A stretch of 64,000 bases of DNA, taken from positions 3,584,001 through 3,648,000 of the forward strand of contig OY761158.1 in NCBI GenBank assembly GCA_963664405.1. Direction: 5' to 3'. Positions 1-11,034 of this stretch are shown here, in pieces (the first letter of the stretch is position 1; every line of letters starts with the position of its first letter). Made by a program: the position numbers and the translations under genes. The notes under the pieces are model-generated. The model was not told where the DNA came from. It saw nothing but the letters and a program-made list of their open reading frames with translations, and searched no databases. The DNA comes from Thermoanaerobaculia bacterium. GTDB taxonomy: Bacteria > Acidobacteriota > Thermoanaerobaculia > Multivoradales > Multivoraceae.

Positions 1-2123
<2,123 letters not shown>

Positions 2124-2209
2124 ATCTAGCTTGAGTGCGTCTCTATGAGACGAGCCTGTTGCCAATGCCTGAAGCATTCAGTTTGATAAACGCTCTTTGG
2201 AACTAAGGT

Positions 2210-2327
<118 letters not shown>

Positions 2328-2332
2328 TTTGT

Positions 2333-2370
2333 GAAACGGCTCTCGTGAAAGCGGGAGCCGTTTCTTTTTT
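2333..2370 (+). terminator. Intrinsic terminator of rRNA operon
   Basis: GAAACGGCTC...GAGCCGTTTC stem followed by a T-run. Confidence 0.85.
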
Positions 2371-2417
2371 GTGCGCCAGGAGCTGGCCGCGCAAGGGCAA
2401 TGACTAACTCTCCCGCT

Positions 2418-3050
2418 TCACCTACCGCTCTGTGTCTCGATGGAATAGGGCTCCGACGTCGCGTAGCCTTGCTGAATCGCGCGCTTGTCGACGAGAAACG
2501 GTGCAAGGTTGAACGTGTATTTGCGGACCTGTGTGTCCTCAAACCCGAAGGTCGCTCGGAGCCAAGTCCAGTAACCGCTGCCGCTCACATCCGACAACAT
2601 GATCGGATGGCCCTTCATGTCTGCGAGGGTCTTGATGTCGTCGCGCGGGTGAGTGATGAGGACTTGTGGGTCCTTCTGGAAGGAGGCCATGACAGCTTTC
2701 ACTGGCGCGCCGGCCTTCACCAGGTTGAGAGGGGTCACGTTATTCGACCCCAGACCAAAATCAGCGGCGCCCGCTGCCAAGAGTTGGGCCACATTGACGC
2801 CCGGACTACCTTGGCGAATCTTGACTTCTAGCCCGTGTTTTACATAGAGGCCGAGGGCCTGGGCCTGATAAAAACCGCCCTGCTCAGCCTGTGCCTTCCA
2901 ATCCGTTGCAAAATTTACCGTTGGAAGACCGGACGTAGTGGCAGGTGGCCGTTGCTTACAGCCGGACAGGTAAAGGCCGCAGGCCGCAAGAAAGAGGACG
3001 GCAAGTACCGCATAGATGGTGGTGTTGCGAATTGACATGAACCAGATCAC
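2418..3050 (-). pseudogene. NMT1/THI5-like ABC substrate-binding protein, C-terminally truncated
   Basis: 'DWKAQAEQGGFYQA', 'FQKDPQVLITHP' and 'QGYATSEPY' motifs; stops at 210 aa whereas the family is typically ~330 aa; GTGA overlap with the upstream gene. Confidence 0.7.
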
Positions 3051-3469
3051 CCTGTTACCAGTTTCTTGGACATAACCAGGACATTATGACCGTCTGTGCG
3101 GCGATACCCAATCGTATCCATGATCGTCTTGACAAAGTGCAGTCCAAGACCGCCGATCGGTCGATCGGTGAGTGGGCTCTCGAGGTCGGGAGGGTCGACG
3201 GCGAACGGATCGAAGGCCGCACCGTCGTCTTCCAACTCGACCGTGATCGACTCAGGGCCGAGGCTCAGAGTCAGGTCGATCGAGTGCTTCGTATTATCGG
3301 CAAATCCGTAGCTGATGGTATTCGTCATCAGCTCATCGAGAACCAATGTGAGCTGGTAACGCAGATCCTCGGAAAGGGAGTTTCGGGTGCAGAACTCGGC
3401 GACAACCGCTCCCATGTTCTCCAACTCCTGCATGCTGTTGCAGAATCTGGCAGCGACGACATCCTTCAC
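3047..3469 (-). CDS. RsbW/SpoIIAB-type anti-sigma serine kinase (HATPase)
   Basis: N-box 'LDELMTNTISYG', G1 'EDDGAAFDP', G2 'IGGLGLHFV'. Confidence 0.92.
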   Translation of the reverse strand: MKDVVAARFCNSMQELENMGAVVAEFCTRNSLSEDLRYQLTLVLDELMTNTISYGFADNTKHSIDLTLSLGPESITVELEDDGAAFDPFAVDPPDLESPLTDRPIGGLGLHFVKTIMDTIGYRRTDGHNVLVMSKKLVTG

Positions 3470-5073
3470 CCCCTTCGCAGCTCCCTGGCCCGCGGCTGGT
3501 AGCGCAAGGCTACACAGGTTATGTCGTCGAACTGTTCCGAGGAGTCGGCGAATTCCGAGACATGGTCGATGACCCGGCGGCTGAGCGCCTCCACGGATAG
3601 GCCTTGGCTCTCGTAGAGCACCTCCATCAGTCGCAGTTCGCTGAACTCGTTGCCCTCGCTGTCCATTGCCTCCGTGACGCCGTCGGTGTAGCAGAAGATC
3701 GTATCGCCGTCACCCAGCTCGATGCTCTTCTCTGCGTATCGCATCCCGTCGAAGGCCCCAAGAGCCACTCCGCCGGTGCCTTCGAGAAGGACGACTTCCC
3801 GATCGTTACGAATCATGTATGGCGGGTTGTGTCCCGCATTCGCGTAACTCAATCGGCTGTTATGAAGATCGAGGATGCCGTAGAACAAGGTCACGAACAT
3901 CGATGCTTCGTTGCCCTCCGACAACACCTGGTTGACAGCCTCCAGTACTTGGCCTGGGCGGCCACCGCGCAGGGCTGTCGATTTCATCAGAGTGCAGGAT
4001 ACGGCCATGAATAGAGCCGTTGGTACGCCCTTGCCGGACACGTCTGCGATAACAAAGCCGATCCTGTTTTCGTCGATCTCGATAACGTCGAAGAAATCGC
4101 CGCCGACGTTGCGGGCTGCAATCATCTTGCCGAAGCTCTCGACCTGCTCCGTCTCGGGATAGAGACGAGGAAGAATCGAAAGCTGCAATTGCTTGGCGAT
4201 CTCCAATTCTTCTTCGAGCTGCTCCAGCGCCATACGCAGCTGCCTGTTTTTCCTGTCGAGCTCAGCGGCGCGCTCCTCACGCTCGACTTCCAACCGGGCA
4301 CGTGCAATGGCGTTGGCTTTGAACACCCTGACCGCCGCAATCATGTCAGCCACTTCGTCCCTGTATTTCGTGGCAGCGATGTCGACACTTGTATCGCCAT
4401 CGGCCAGGCTCCGCATCGACGTTGTAAGCGCGGTGATCGGCTTGACGATCCGACGGATCAGAACGAGATAGATCATCGCCGTAATGGACACTGCGGAAAG
4501 AGAGATCAGTACGTTGGAAAGAATCAGCCATAGTGAGGCACGCGCCGCGGCCTGTTCTGCTTCCAGCACCGCTCGTTTGTTGATCAGCCGCTGGAACTCC
4601 GCTATCGAGTCCATGATGGTCTTCTTGTGAGCCTCGTAATTCTGATCGAACATCAGACGCCGGGCGGCGTCGAAGTCGCCTTCGGCCACCGCTGCCATAG
4701 CCGCTTCCTCAGTTGCGATCAGAGCGTCGGAGTGCCCTTTTGCCTGCTCGATCAGAGCCATCTCCGATGGCAGCGCGCCCAGCGCTTTGAGACGTTCTAG
4801 CACACGGTCACGAGTCCGGGTCTCGTTCACCTCACGCCAATACTTGTCGTAATGGTCGCGCTCTCCGAACTGCACGTAGTTGCGCACTTCGTTGGTCAAG
4901 TAATCCGAAGCATCCGCGAGATCGACGCCCAGTTGTTTGAACTCTGCCCGCCGTGCCATCGCCACCCTCTCCTGCCGGTCGCTGGCATCGAGAAGCACGA
5001 TGCTGACGCCGGTCAGCACGAACAGAGTGATGACCAAGCCGAAGGTCAACCATGCAATGTTGTTGATTCGCAT
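3466..5073 (-). CDS. Membrane PP2C/SpoIIE (RsbU-like) phosphatase with periplasmic helical sensor and HAMP
   Basis: Two TM helices, HAMP, 'VGGDFFD', 'IADVSGKG', 'YTDGVTEA', 'DDIT'; start taken at ATG 5073 (MRINNIAW). Confidence 0.93.
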   Translation of the reverse strand: MRINNIAWLTFGLVITLFVLTGVSIVLLDASDRQERVAMARRAEFKQLGVDLADASDYLTNEVRNYVQFGERDHYDKYWREVNETRTRDRVLERLKALGALPSEMALIEQAKGHSDALIATEEAAMAAVAEGDFDAARRLMFDQNYEAHKKTIMDSIAEFQRLINKRAVLEAEQAAARASLWLILSNVLISLSAVSITAMIYLVLIRRIVKPITALTTSMRSLADGDTSVDIAATKYRDEVADMIAAVRVFKANAIARARLEVEREERAAELDRKNRQLRMALEQLEEELEIAKQLQLSILPRLYPETEQVESFGKMIAARNVGGDFFDVIEIDENRIGFVIADVSGKGVPTALFMAVSCTLMKSTALRGGRPGQVLEAVNQVLSEGNEASMFVTLFYGILDLHNSRLSYANAGHNPPYMIRNDREVVLLEGTGGVALGAFDGMRYAEKSIELGDGDTIFCYTDGVTEAMDSEGNEFSELRLMEVLYESQGLSVEALSRRVIDHVSEFADSSEQFDDITCVALRYQPRARELRRG

Positions 5074-5214
5074 GCAGAACTCCCGATCCTGCGCCCAGGG
5101 CAACCCGCTCACGGCGTCGATCTCGACGTGTGTCGGGGGCGCGATAGAGTGTACAAGAACCGCGCTTTCCTACCGTGCGCCCCCTGCTTGGTAGTCACGA
5201 AGATTGGAACAGCT

Positions 5215-5559
5215 ATGAACGTCGTTCAGGAGACCGTTGGAGAGGTGCTCATCGTCGGGCCCGAGGGCAAGCTGGACGCGAACAGTGCCAGGGACCTGGA
5301 AGAGATGCTACAAAGCGCGATCGACAAGGGATCGATGAAGATCCTGGTCGATTGCTCGGCGCTCGCCTATATCTCGAGCTCCGGCCTTCGCGTGATCCTA
5401 AAAGCCGCCAAGAGACTGAACGGCGCCAACGGAAGAATCGCGCTGTGCCGGCTCAGCGACAATGTTGAGAAGGTCTTCCAGATCAGCGGTTTCAGCACTG
5501 TCCTTGATATCGAAGGCAGGCGTCAAGACGCGTTGGAGGCCTTCTTCCCAGCAGGCTAA
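5215..5559 (+). CDS. STAS anti-sigma factor antagonist (RsbV/SpoIIAA-like)
   Basis: 'GKLDA...LVDCSALAYISSSGLRVIL' with phospho-acceptor Ser; start at ATG 5215 rather than the ORF-track start. Confidence 0.92.
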   Translation: MNVVQETVGEVLIVGPEGKLDANSARDLEEMLQSAIDKGSMKILVDCSALAYISSSGLRVILKAAKRLNGANGRIALCRLSDNVEKVFQISGFSTVLDIEGRRQDALEAFFPAG

Positions 5560-5578
5560 GCTCCAGGTCGGCTGCCGT

Positions 5579-7306
5579 TCAGTGATCGAAGCTTAGAAGG
5601 AGACTGACCTCGTCATCTTGCCTCCTTAGGTCGACCTTATTGGCGTAGTGCCGAAGGAGCAGTCCGGGAAGGCCACTCAGTTCACTGGGGTCGGCCTCGA
5701 GCAGCTCGGCCTCCGAAGGCTGCCTGGTTGGAAGTGGTAACGGTTCCCCTCGGTAGCGGATGTCCGCTGAGATTTCCAGCTCGTCGAAGCTCAAGTCGAT
5801 CTTCACGTCGTCCTGGACCAGCTCGAGGTCCGAGGCCGCGTCCATGAACTCGGTGAGGGCTGCGTTGACCCGATAGATAACGTCGCTTCGCGCACCCCAC
5901 TTGCCGCCTTCGTCTTCGGTAAAGCGCGAAACCTTCTGGGTCGCGTCCGGACCGACGCATAGCTGCAGGGAAGCGCGCTTGGCAATTCCAATTCTGAACA
6001 GCAGGTTGAGCGTCAGGGCCACGGTTGTACATAGGGCCAGAGCTGATCCTACCAACGGCTCCATCAGGTTCGGCACCTGTCCAAAAGCTTCCGGCGTAAT
6101 GTAGACGCTCAAGCCGGCAATCAGAGAAATACCGACAATGAAAATCTTTCTTGCATCCAACATCCGCGAGGTAACGATCTGCAATCCGGCGACGATCATG
6201 AAGCAGGAGACGTAGAGCAGAATCGCGCCACGAACGGGGCTCGGCATGATCACAAAGAGGATTGCGAGCTTCGGAATGAAAGCCAAGGTGATGAAGATAG
6301 TCCCGGCACTGACGGCGATCCATCGGCTGGTGGCTCCGGTAGCAATGGAGAGGCCCACGTTGCTCGACGAAGTGGACGGTCCCATTCCACCCAAGAAGCC
6401 TGTGAACATAACCCCCAGTGAATCGGCAAGAACCCCCTTCGATAGGGAGCCCATATCGGGTCTTACCCACTCCGAGTTGTTGATCCTTTGACAGGTCGTC
6501 AGGTCCCCGATGCCCTTGAGGCTGGACGCCAGCCCGGCGGCCAGGAACGGGATCACCAACTCAAAGTCGAATGACAGCCCGTCGAACCCCAGAGGGTGGG
6601 GCAGCGCGAAGAAGGGCGCGGAGGCGAAGTCTGCCAGATCTTGTTCCGGCAGGAGATGCAAGCCGTAAGCCGTCGCGAATCCGACCCCCACGCCAATCAG
6701 GAGACTGAATAGGTGTAGCATCCCTCGGCCCCAGACCGAGAGACCGACCATTAGGCAAAAAGTGACCGAGGCGGTCAGGACGACGTCCGCGCGAATAGCA
6801 GAGACTCCTTCGGAGGCACCGAAGAAAGCGGACACGCCAAGCGGGATCAGCACGACGCCCACCATCGCGACGACGACGCCGACAACTTCGGTTGGGAACG
6901 CGGCTCGCATTCGTTGAAGGAATCGCGACAGTATTACCTGGAACAAGCCAGTAACGATTGTCATCCCGTAGAGAAGCGGGAGGCCACCTGTTCTCACCGC
7001 CAACAGCGATGCTGGCAGAAAAGCGGGACCCACCAGCTGGGGGCAGAGATAGCCGGATCCCACACCGAACCGATTCATCGCTTGCAGGATGGTGCCGACG
7101 CCGACCCCAATCATCGACAGCCGGACGACGTTCTGCGCCAGGGATGTTGGCCAAACGGCTGAGGGCAGGACCACCGCCACAAGTACGAGCGTGCTCGACA
7201 TGGCCAAGGTGTGCTGTAACCCCAGCAGTATTGTGAGGGGTAACGGCGGTCGATCCTCGAGCCCATAGGTCAGATTTGCTGGTCTCTTCGGCACGACTGC
7301 TTTCAT
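5579..7306 (-). CDS. NCS2 xanthine/uracil permease with C-terminal degenerate HATPase-like domain
   Basis: 'LLGLQH' TM1 motif, 'SSSNVG...TGATSR' NCS2 signature, ~130-aa soluble C-terminal extension. Confidence 0.88.
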   Translation of the reverse strand: MKAVVPKRPANLTYGLEDRPPLPLTILLGLQHTLAMSSTLVLVAVVLPSAVWPTSLAQNVVRLSMIGVGVGTILQAMNRFGVGSGYLCPQLVGPAFLPASLLAVRTGGLPLLYGMTIVTGLFQVILSRFLQRMRAAFPTEVVGVVVAMVGVVLIPLGVSAFFGASEGVSAIRADVVLTASVTFCLMVGLSVWGRGMLHLFSLLIGVGVGFATAYGLHLLPEQDLADFASAPFFALPHPLGFDGLSFDFELVIPFLAAGLASSLKGIGDLTTCQRINNSEWVRPDMGSLSKGVLADSLGVMFTGFLGGMGPSTSSSNVGLSIATGATSRWIAVSAGTIFITLAFIPKLAILFVIMPSPVRGAILLYVSCFMIVAGLQIVTSRMLDARKIFIVGISLIAGLSVYITPEAFGQVPNLMEPLVGSALALCTTVALTLNLLFRIGIAKRASLQLCVGPDATQKVSRFTEDEGGKWGARSDVIYRVNAALTEFMDAASDLELVQDDVKIDLSFDELEISADIRYRGEPLPLPTRQPSEAELLEADPSELSGLPGLLLRHYANKVDLRRQDDEVSLLLSFDH

Positions 7307-7407
7307 CGACCCATGATCGCGTCTTTCGGTCCCTTAGGATGCACCATACCTCAGCTTTCAGACCAGACGGTTGGTCGTTCTCTGGTATCTTCCAAAGCGA
7401 TCCAACC

Positions 7408-9597
7408 ATGAGCTCGAATGTCCTGGCGGAACTCGCACGCGACGTCGCATCGCCGAAGCTGCTCCCCTCCCTGAGCATCGGGCTGGTGAACGCCCTGATT
7501 CTCGTCATGCTCGAGGTTTCCTTCGCGGCGATGATCTTCTCCGCGCACCCCCACCTTGCCGCGAGAGCGGCCGGCTTGACCCTCTTCGGCACCTTCGTCC
7601 TCTGCCTCTTCATGGCCCTCACCAGCTCCTGTCGCACGGCTGTGACACTGCCGCAGGATGCCCCAACCGCTGCCCTAACCGTCGTCGTACCGGCCGTCGC
7701 CGTCCTCCTGGTCGGCGCATCCGACGATGCCCTCTTCATCACCGTGGCGACCGTGCTGGCCCTCTGCTCGGCCCTCACGGGCATCGCCTTCTGGGCCATC
7801 GGCCGGTTCGGGTTGGCCAACCTCTTCCGGTTCATCCCCTACCCCGTTGTCGCCGGGTTCCTGGCCGGTTCGGGCTGGTTGCTCTCGGTCGGTTCTATCG
7901 GCGTCATGTCCGGTGTTCCGTTGGAGCTCTCCACCCTCGGCCAGCTGGCCACCATTTCGAGTGCCTGGAAGTGGATGTCCGGTGGCCTGTTTGCCGTCTG
8001 CCTGTTCCTGATCATGCGCCGCTGGTCCCACTTTCTGGTCCTGCCCGGGGCACTCCTCGCCGGTGCTGGCCTCTATTACGCGGGCTTCTGGCTGGCCGGA
8101 ATGAGCCTCGAGGAGGCCGAGGCGAACGGTTTCCTGCTCACCGGTTTACCGGCTTCCGGGCTCTGGCCCGCCTTCGGCGCTTCCGACCTCTCGCTCATCG
8201 ACTGGCGGGCCGTGCTCTCCCAGGCTCCCGTCGCCTGCGCCGTGGCGCTGGTGGCCGTCGTCGGGATGCTCCTCAACCTGAGCGGGATCGAGTTGGCCTC
8301 CGGGATGGAGATGAAGCTGAACCGAGAGTTCCGCATGGTGGGACTGTCCAACTTGCTGGCCGGGATGGGCGGTTCCCTCCCCGGCTACCCAGCCCTCTCG
8401 CTGTCAATGCTCGGCCCGGCGGCCGGCGCAGATTCTCGCCTGTCGAGCGTCGTCGCCGCGCTCATCATCGGTGCCATCCTGTTCTTCGGAGGCGGGCTCC
8501 TCGGCTTCTTCCCCCAGCCGCTCCTAGGCGGCCTGCTCCTCGTGCTTGGCCTGTTCTTCCTCTCCGACTGGATCGTCGACACGCGCAAGCGCCTTCCGGT
8601 GGCCGACTACCTGCTGGTCGTGGCCATCGTCCTCGTCATCGGCCTGCGGGGATTCCTCGAGGGCGTCGTCTTCGGCATCGCGGCCACGGTCGTCATCTTC
8701 GTTGTCCGCTTCAGCCGCGTCTCGGTCGTCCACAACAGCTTTACCCTGATCGAGCGCCACAGCCTGAAGCCTCGCCCCATCCCGCAGCTTCACATTCTCT
8801 CCGCAGACGGGGAATCTGCCGTCGTCCACGAACTGTCCGGTTACATCTTCTTCGGCTCCGCCTCGTCCCTCATCGAACGGCTGGGCAAGGATCTGACCGA
8901 GAGAGGCGCCTCTCACGTCCTCCTCGACTTCGCTCGCGTCACGGGCTTCGATGCCTCGGCGGTGAACAACTTCCACCGCTTCATCCTTCGTGTCCGGGAG
9001 GTCGGGGCCCAGCTCGCCTTCTCGGCCACCCCTGCCGCGCTCACCGACGCACTTACCTCGGCTGTTCCCGTCGAGGCCATGAAATCGGTCCACTTCCAGC
9101 CCAGCCTTGACCACGCCCTCGAGTGGTGCGAGGACAGTCTCATTGAGCGGGCCCATCGCCGCATGGGCGAGGGCGGTCAGGACGAGCGCGGCGACCTCTT
9201 CGATCGTTCGGTCGACGGCCTCCTTGAACGGCTGAAGAGTCAGGAGAGCTACGAGGCCCTCCTCTCCAAGCTCCAGCCGTGGCTCGAGCGGCGCCAGTTC
9301 GAGGCTGGAAACACGGTCGTCGAAGCAGACGAGCCCCTCGAAGGTCTTCAACTCCTGATGACAGGAACGGCCACCGAGGTGAGCGCCTCCGGAGAACGCC
9401 TCCGGGTGCTTGATATCGGCGACATAATCGCTCCGACCGCGGCCTTCAGCAAGGTCCGGGTTGCCCACCGGGTCGTAGCCGACAATTTCCTCGTGACGCT
9501 TCTCCTGACCCCGGAGGCTCGGTTGCGCCTGGAGTCTGACGCGGCCGAGCTGGCCCTCGCCCTAGACCGCTACCTGCTCGGCAAAGACCCCCGCTAG
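7408..9597 (+). CDS. SulP/SLC26 anion transporter with STAS and cNMP-binding domains
   Basis: 'RFIPYPVVAGFLAGSG', STAS 'LSGYIFFGSA...LDFARVTGFDAS', C-terminal cNMP-like domain; start approximate. Confidence 0.9.
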   Translation: MSSNVLAELARDVASPKLLPSLSIGLVNALILVMLEVSFAAMIFSAHPHLAARAAGLTLFGTFVLCLFMALTSSCRTAVTLPQDAPTAALTVVVPAVAVLLVGASDDALFITVATVLALCSALTGIAFWAIGRFGLANLFRFIPYPVVAGFLAGSGWLLSVGSIGVMSGVPLELSTLGQLATISSAWKWMSGGLFAVCLFLIMRRWSHFLVLPGALLAGAGLYYAGFWLAGMSLEEAEANGFLLTGLPASGLWPAFGASDLSLIDWRAVLSQAPVACAVALVAVVGMLLNLSGIELASGMEMKLNREFRMVGLSNLLAGMGGSLPGYPALSLSMLGPAAGADSRLSSVVAALIIGAILFFGGGLLGFFPQPLLGGLLLVLGLFFLSDWIVDTRKRLPVADYLLVVAIVLVIGLRGFLEGVVFGIAATVVIFVVRFSRVSVVHNSFTLIERHSLKPRPIPQLHILSADGESAVVHELSGYIFFGSASSLIERLGKDLTERGASHVLLDFARVTGFDASAVNNFHRFILRVREVGAQLAFSATPAALTDALTSAVPVEAMKSVHFQPSLDHALEWCEDSLIERAHRRMGEGGQDERGDLFDRSVDGLLERLKSQESYEALLSKLQPWLERRQFEAGNTVVEADEPLEGLQLLMTGTATEVSASGERLRVLDIGDIIAPTAAFSKVRVAHRVVADNFLVTLLLTPEARLRLESDAAELALALDRYLLGKDPR

Positions 9598-9760
9598 AGC
9601 ACACAGAGGTAGGGCACGAGCTCCCGTTGGACCCTGAGGGCGTGTCGAACACGCGGCGCTCTTGTCACTCGCGGTCCGATGGAGCTTGGTTGCGGTCTAG
9701 GTGCGAGGTAGAGTCTCGAGAGGTCGCCTACGTCGAAAACGCTTTGAAAAGGATCCGGAA

Positions 9761-10498
9761 ATGAGTGGAAGTCTCGAAGGAAAAGTCGCCGTCGTCACCG
9801 GCTCGTCGAGCGGCATCGGCGAGGCGATCGCACGTTTGTTTGCAGAAGAGGGCTGCTCGATCGTCGTCAACTCCTCGAGCTCGGTTGAGGCCGGCCAGGA
9901 GGTCGCATCGAGTCTCCCAGACGCTATCTATGCGCAGGCCGACATAGCCGACGAAGAGCAGGCGAAATCGCTGGTCGAGGCCGCGATCGACAAGTGGGGT
10001 CGTCTCGATGTCCTGGTCAATAACGCCGGCGCTACCCGAGTCATCCCACACGATGACCTCGATGCGGTCACCGCCGAGGACTGGGACCGGATTCTCAAGG
10101 TGAACATCGTCGGAACCTGGTTTGTCACCCGTGCGGCTGCCGCGGCACTCAAGGAGAGTGAAGGCTCGGTAGTCAACATCTCTTCCGTGGCCGGGGTACG
10201 GCCCGGGGGGAGCTGCATACCCTACGCGGTGTCTAAAGCCGGGTTGAACCATATGACCAGGCTCCTGGCCAAGGTGCTTGGCCCGGAGGTCCGAGTCAAC
10301 GCGGTCGCCCCGGGTCTCATCGACACTCCATGGACCGCCGACTGGGACGCGGTGCGCGCGGCCGTCCGTGAGCGCACGCCTCTGGGGCGGTCAGGAACGC
10401 CGGAGGACATCGCCAGGGCGACCTTGTTACTCACCCTATCGCCCTACTCCACCGGCGACGTGGTCGTTGTGGATGGCGGAATGCACCTGGTCGGCTAG
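9761..10498 (+). CDS. SDR family oxidoreductase
   Basis: TGSSSGIG, NNAG, YAVSK, VNAVAPG. Confidence 0.93.
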   Translation: MSGSLEGKVAVVTGSSSGIGEAIARLFAEEGCSIVVNSSSSVEAGQEVASSLPDAIYAQADIADEEQAKSLVEAAIDKWGRLDVLVNNAGATRVIPHDDLDAVTAEDWDRILKVNIVGTWFVTRAAAAALKESEGSVVNISSVAGVRPGGSCIPYAVSKAGLNHMTRLLAKVLGPEVRVNAVAPGLIDTPWTADWDAVRAAVRERTPLGRSGTPEDIARATLLLTLSPYSTGDVVVVDGGMHLVG

Positions 10499-10654
10499 GA
10501 GTTTCATGGCGCCGGCGACGGCGCGCGTCGCCCGTCCCTAAGGCGAACGGGCTCCGTGCTCTGGACGTCGTTCATGCTCTCTGTTTCCCTGTTCGATTCG
10601 GAGGCAGATCTTAGCCTGCGGAAGAGATGAGCCTAAGAATCCTGGGCTAGACTG

Positions 10655-11032
10655 GTGGGTGTGACGGGCATTGTCGATCCTCTCGAACGGCTTCGCTCCA
10701 TCATCGCGGAGTGGCCGGAGACCGACGAGCGGATCTCGCACGGCTCGCCGACTTTCTGGGGCGGCAAGAAGACCTTCGCCAGCTTTCACATCGATCACCA
10801 CGGTGACGGTCGTGTTGCCGTCTGGTGCAAGGCGAGTTGGGACGTCCAGCAGTCGCTCGTAGGTGCCGATCCGGAGGTGTTTTTCATTCCTCCCTATGTC
10901 GGACCGAGCGGCTGGGTCGGCATCGACCTCGAGGGTGAGGTCGATTGGGATATGGTCTCGGGTTTGCTGGAAGAAGGCTATCGAATGGTGGCTCCGGCGA
11001 GAGCGATCAAGCAACTCGAAGGGCGACAATAA
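10655..11032 (+). CDS. MmcQ/YjbR family protein
   Basis: 'SHGSPTF...FFIPPYVGPSGWVGIDL...EEGYRMVAP'. Confidence 0.85.
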   Translation: MGVTGIVDPLERLRSIIAEWPETDERISHGSPTFWGGKKTFASFHIDHHGDGRVAVWCKASWDVQQSLVGADPEVFFIPPYVGPSGWVGIDLEGEVDWDMVSGLLEEGYRMVAPARAIKQLEGRQ

Positions 11033-11034
11033 GT

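Noticed and set aside
7371-9110. 579-aa Arg/Pro-rich ORF and similar long overlapping ORFs (e.g. 6561-7835, 56894-58054)
   Set aside because: Alternate-frame or antisense artefacts of high-GC codon bias over well-supported genes.
9561-9701. 14-bp imperfect inverted repeat with CTAGACC ends
   Set aside because: The left arm lies in ordinary-looking SulP coding sequence and the interior does not resemble the MITE; probably chance.
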